Positions 60,868-64,000 of a stretch of 64,000 nucleotides of DNA are shown here, piece by piece. The first letter of the stretch is position 1; each line of letters begins with the position of its first letter. This stretch comes from the human T2T-CHM13v2.0 reference genome, Homo sapiens. The DNA lies in NCBI GenBank assembly GCA_009914755.4, contig CP068257.2, forward strand, positions 5,952,001-6,016,000. The letters are read 5' to 3'. A program made the translations under genes and the position numbers. Under the pieces are notes generated by a model, which saw only the letters and a program-made list of their open reading frames with translations, did not search any database and had not been told where the DNA came from.

Positions 60868-61345
60868 AGTACCTTCCATTCAATTCCATTCCCTTTGAAT
60901 CTGTTCCATTTCAGTCCATTCCATTCGAGTCCATTCCATTCCAGTACATTTCATTCGAGTCCATTCCATTCGATTCCATTCTATTCCTTTCCATTCCATT
61001 CGATTCCATTCCATTCGATTAGATTCCATTTGGGACCGTTGTATTACACTCCATTCCATTAGAGTCTATTCCATTCCATTCCATTCCAGTCCGTTCCGTT
61101 GCATTCCACTCCATTCAATTCCATTCCCTTTGAATCTGTTCCATTTCAGTCCATTCCATTCGAGTCCTTTCCATTCCAGTACATTTCATTCGAGTCCATT
61201 CCATTCGATTCCATTCTATTACTTTCCATTCCATTTGATTCCATTCCATTCGATTAGATTCCATTTGGGACCGTTCTATTACACTGCATTCCATTAGAGT
61301 CCATTCTATTCCATTCCATTCCAGTCCATTCCATTGCATTCCACT
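60868..61345. repeat. ~240-bp tandem duplication (2 copies) in domain 2
   Basis: 'ccattcaattccattccctttgaatctgttccatttcagtccattccattcgagtcc...gattagattccatttgggaccgtt(g/c)tattacact(c/g)cattccattagagtc' repeats at 60,868 and 61,108. Confidence 0.85.
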
Positions 61346-62571
61346 CCAGTCAATTCCATTCCATTCAATTCCAATTCATTCCAGTCCATCCCATTCCAGT
61401 CCATTCCATTCCTTTCCTTTCCATTCCATTCCGTTCAATTCCATTCCATTCCATTCCATTCCATACCATTCCACTCCATTCCATGCCATTTCAGTCCATT
61501 CCTTTTGAGTCCATTCCGTTCCATTCCTTTCAAATCTATTCCATTCCATTCCATTCGGTTCCATTCCATGCCATTAGATTCTATTCCATTCCATTGTGTT
61601 ACATTCAATTCCATTCCATTCCATTTGAATCCATTCCACTATATTCCATTCCATTCCCTTCCCTTCCTTTCGATTTCATTCCATTTGATTTGATTCGATT
61701 CCTTTCCATTCCAATCCATTCCATTCCATTAAATTCTATTCCATTCCATTCGATTCCATTTCATTCGATTCAATTCCATTCGATTCCATTCCACTCCAGG
61801 CCATTTCATTTGAGTCCGTTCCATTCCATTAAATTCTATTCCATTCTATTCCACTCCATTCCATTCCATTCTTTTCCATTCCATTCCTTTCCTTTCAGGA
61901 CCATTCCATTCCTTTCCATTCCATTCGATTCCATTCCATTCCATTTGATTCCATTCTGTTCATTTCCATTCCATTCGATTGCATTCCATTCCAGTCCATT
62001 CCATTCGAGTCCATTCCATTTCTATTCCTTTCATTTCCATTCCTTTCCATTCGAGTCCATTCCATTCCACTCGATTCTATTCCATGTGATTCCATTGCAT
62101 TCCAGACCGTTCCATTCCGTTCCATTCAATTCGAGTCCATTCCATTCGATTACATTTCATTAGATTCCATTTCATTCGATTCCATTCCATTCGAGTCCAT
62201 TCCATTCCATTCCATTCCAGTCCATTCCATTCGAATCCATTCTCTTCTATTCCATTCCATTCCATACCGCTCCGTTCTACTTTACTCCACTCCACCACAC
62301 TAAATTCCATTATATCCAACTCCATTCCATGCCATTCCACTCCTCTCCTCTGCACTGCACTCCACAGCGCTCCATTCCACTCCATCCCATTCTATTCTGC
62401 TCCATTCCACTGCAATCTTCTCCACCCCACTCATCTCCACTTCATTCCATTCCATTCCATTCCATCTCATTGCATGCGTCTCCATTCTAGTCAACTCTAC
62501 TTCACCCCACTCTTCTCCACTTCAGTCCACTCCATTCGATTCCATTCCATTTCCCTGCATTCTGTTCTATT

Positions 62572-62640
62572 CCTTTCTTTTGAAAGTATCTCACTCTGTC
62601 ACCCAGCCTGCAGCGCAGTGGCACAATCTCAGCTCACATT
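62572..62640 (-). mobile_element. Degenerate Alu 3'-terminal fragment (~60 bp), copy 1, co-amplified within the satellite
   Basis: 'ttcttttgaaagtatctcactctgtcacccagcctgcagcgcagtggcacaatctcagctcacatt' closely matches the reverse complement of an Alu right-monomer end (TTTTGAGACAGAGTCTCACTCTGTCACCCAGGCTGGAGTGCAGTGGCACAATCTCAGCTCACTGCAACC). Confidence 0.8.
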
Positions 62641-62835
62641 TCATTTCATCATTCCATTGCATTCCATTCCACTCTATTCCACTCTACTCCACTCCACTCC
62701 AATCCATTCCACTCCACTCCACTCCAGTCCATTCCACTCCACTCCTTTCCATTCCATCCCATTTCATTCCACTCCTTTCCACTCCACACCAATCCTCCCC
62801 ACTCCATTCCATTCCACTCCTTTCCTTTCCATTCC

Positions 62836-62898
62836 TTTCTTTTGACAGGATCTCACTCTGTCACCAAGACTTGTGTGCAGTGGCAGAATCTCATCTCA
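62836..62898 (-). mobile_element. Degenerate Alu 3'-terminal fragment, copy 2
   Basis: 'ttcttttgacaggatctcactctgtcaccaagacttgtgtgcagtggcagaatctcatctcat'. It has the same junction context as copy 1 ('ccattcctttcttt' upstream and 'caccatttcattcc' downstream). Confidence 0.75.
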
Positions 62899-63027
62899 TA
62901 TTTTACTTCACCATTTCATTCCATTCCATTCTGTTCCACTGCACTCCACTCCACTCCACTGAATTCTACTCCACTCCACTCCAATCGATTCCTTTCCATT
63001 CCATTCCAATCCCTTCCATTCCACTCC

Positions 63028-63090
63028 TTTCTTTCAACAGGATCTCCCTCTGTCACACAGGCTGTAGCACGTGGCGTAATCTCAACACAC
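63028..63090 (-). mobile_element. Degenerate Alu 3'-terminal fragment, copy 3
   Basis: 'tttctttcaacaggatctccctctgtcacacaggctgtagcacgtggcgtaatctcaacacacatt'. Confidence 0.7.
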
Positions 63091-63628
63091 ATTCCTTTTC
63101 ACCATTTCATTCCATTCCATTTCATTCCATTCCATTCCATTCCATTACAATTCATTCCATTCCACTGCATTCCTTTTCACTCTATTCCAGTCCACTCCAC
63201 TCCATTTCATTCCACCGCATTCCATTCCACTCTTTTCCACTCTTTTCCACTCCATTCCACTCCATTCCATTTCATTCCACTCCATTCCATTTCACTCCAC
63301 TCCACTCCTCTCCACTCCATTCCACTCCACTCCACTCCATTCCACTCCACTCCATTCCATTTCATTCCATTCCACTCCATTCCTTTCCCTTCCACTCCGT
63401 TCCTTTCCCTTCCATTCCATTCCATTCCATTGCATTCTACTCCACTCCACTCGTTTCCTCTCCCTTCCATTACACTCCACTCATTTCCTTACCATTCCAT
63501 TCCTTACCATTCCATTCCACTCCACTCCTTTCCATTCCATTGCAGTCCACTCCACTCCGCTCCACTCCACTCCACTTCACTGTACTCCTTTTCACTCCAT
63601 TCCATTTCACTCAATTGCATTCCATTCC

Positions 63629-63695
63629 TTTCTTTCGACACTATATCAGTGTGTCACTCAGGCTGGAGAGCAGTGGCACAGTCCCTGCTCACATT
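63629..63695 (-). mobile_element. Degenerate Alu 3'-terminal fragment, copy 4
   Basis: 'tttctttcgacactatatcagtgtgtcactcaggctggagagcagtggcacagtccctgctcacatt'. Confidence 0.7.
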
Positions 63696-64000
63696 ACATG
63701 ACAACTTTCCATTTCATTGCATTCTATTTCATTGCATTCTATTGCATTCCATTCCATTCCATTCTATTCCATTCTATTCCTTTCCACTCCACTCCACTCC
63801 ACAACATTCCATCCCATTCCACTCCACTCCACTCTACTACATTACATCACATCCAATTCCATTCCACTCCATTCCACTCCTCTCCACTCCCCTTCTCTCT
63901 AAACCACTCCATTTCACTCCATCCCATTCCATTCCGCTCCATTCCACTGGACTCCGCTCCACCCCACTCCACTCCACTTCTTTCAATTCCATTCCATCCC

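Larger units (their letters stand above)
26301..62250. repeat. Diverged (CATTC)n-derived satellite subfamily rich in CATTCGAGTCC / CATTCGATTCC (HSat3-subfamily or HSat2-like); domain 2
   Basis: The pentamer backbone is kept, but TCGA- and GAGTC-containing variants dominate ('cattcgagtccattccattcgattcc'). The domain-1 hallmark CCACTCC becomes rare. The classic HSat2 'GATGAT' signature is not abundant, so I cannot assign HSat2 versus an HSat3 subfamily without RepeatMasker or Dfam. Confidence 0.85.
62251..64000. repeat. CCACTCC-type (CATTC)n satellite with a repeat unit that contains an Alu 3'-end fragment; domain 3
   Basis: Returns to 'ccactccattcc' composition. Four diverged copies of a ~60-bp Alu-derived segment are embedded at variable spacing of 190-600 bp. 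Confidence 0.85.

Noticed and set aside
26301-62250. Calling domain 2 definitively HSat2
   Set aside because: The HSat2 hallmark I recall (CGATGAT / ATCATCGAATGGAAT periodic insertions) is not abundant here. The domain keeps a mostly pentameric backbone with CATTCGAGTCC variants, so it may be a diverged HSat3 subfamily. I left it unassigned, pending a RepeatMasker or k-mer library comparison.

Overview
The whole 64-kb window is primate (almost certainly human) pericentromeric classical satellite DNA of the (CATTC)n/(GGAAT)n family (HSat3/HSat2-type 'satellite III'). The CATTC strand reads 5'->3' on the + strand throughout, with no strand switches. There are no supportable protein-coding genes, rRNAs, tRNAs or CRISPR arrays. 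The many long ORFs in the supplied track are artefacts: the ATTCC pentamer contains no stop codon in any of the six frames, so it translates as ...IPFHS... on + and ...GMEWN... (with many ATG starts) on -. I do not see an undescribed biological system here.

Three satellite domains are visible:
- Domain 1 (~1-26,300) is a CpG-poor HSat3-like array marked by the CCACTCC variant of CCATTCC. It contains nested higher-order repeats of ~80 bp, ~140 bp, ~2.7-3 kb and ~6.3 kb.
- Domain 2 (~26,300-62,250) is a diverged subfamily rich in CATTCGAGTCC / CATTCGATTCC (TaqI/HinfI-type) variants. It has visible CpG-decay products (CATTCAAGTCC, CATTTGAGTCC) and its own local higher-order repeats of ~240 bp, ~390-460 bp, ~660 bp and ~1.27 kb.
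- Domain 3 (~62,250-64,000) returns to the CCACTCC type, but each repeat unit carries a diverged ~60-bp Alu 3'-end fragment (four copies).

The only intact interspersed element is a young full-length AluY on the - strand at 17,021-17,322. It has a ~21-nt poly(A) tail and a 12-bp target-site duplication (CCATTCCTTTTC). It lies inside one copy of a ~3-kb higher-order repeat, and the paralogous copy ~2.7 kb downstream keeps the unoccupied target site.
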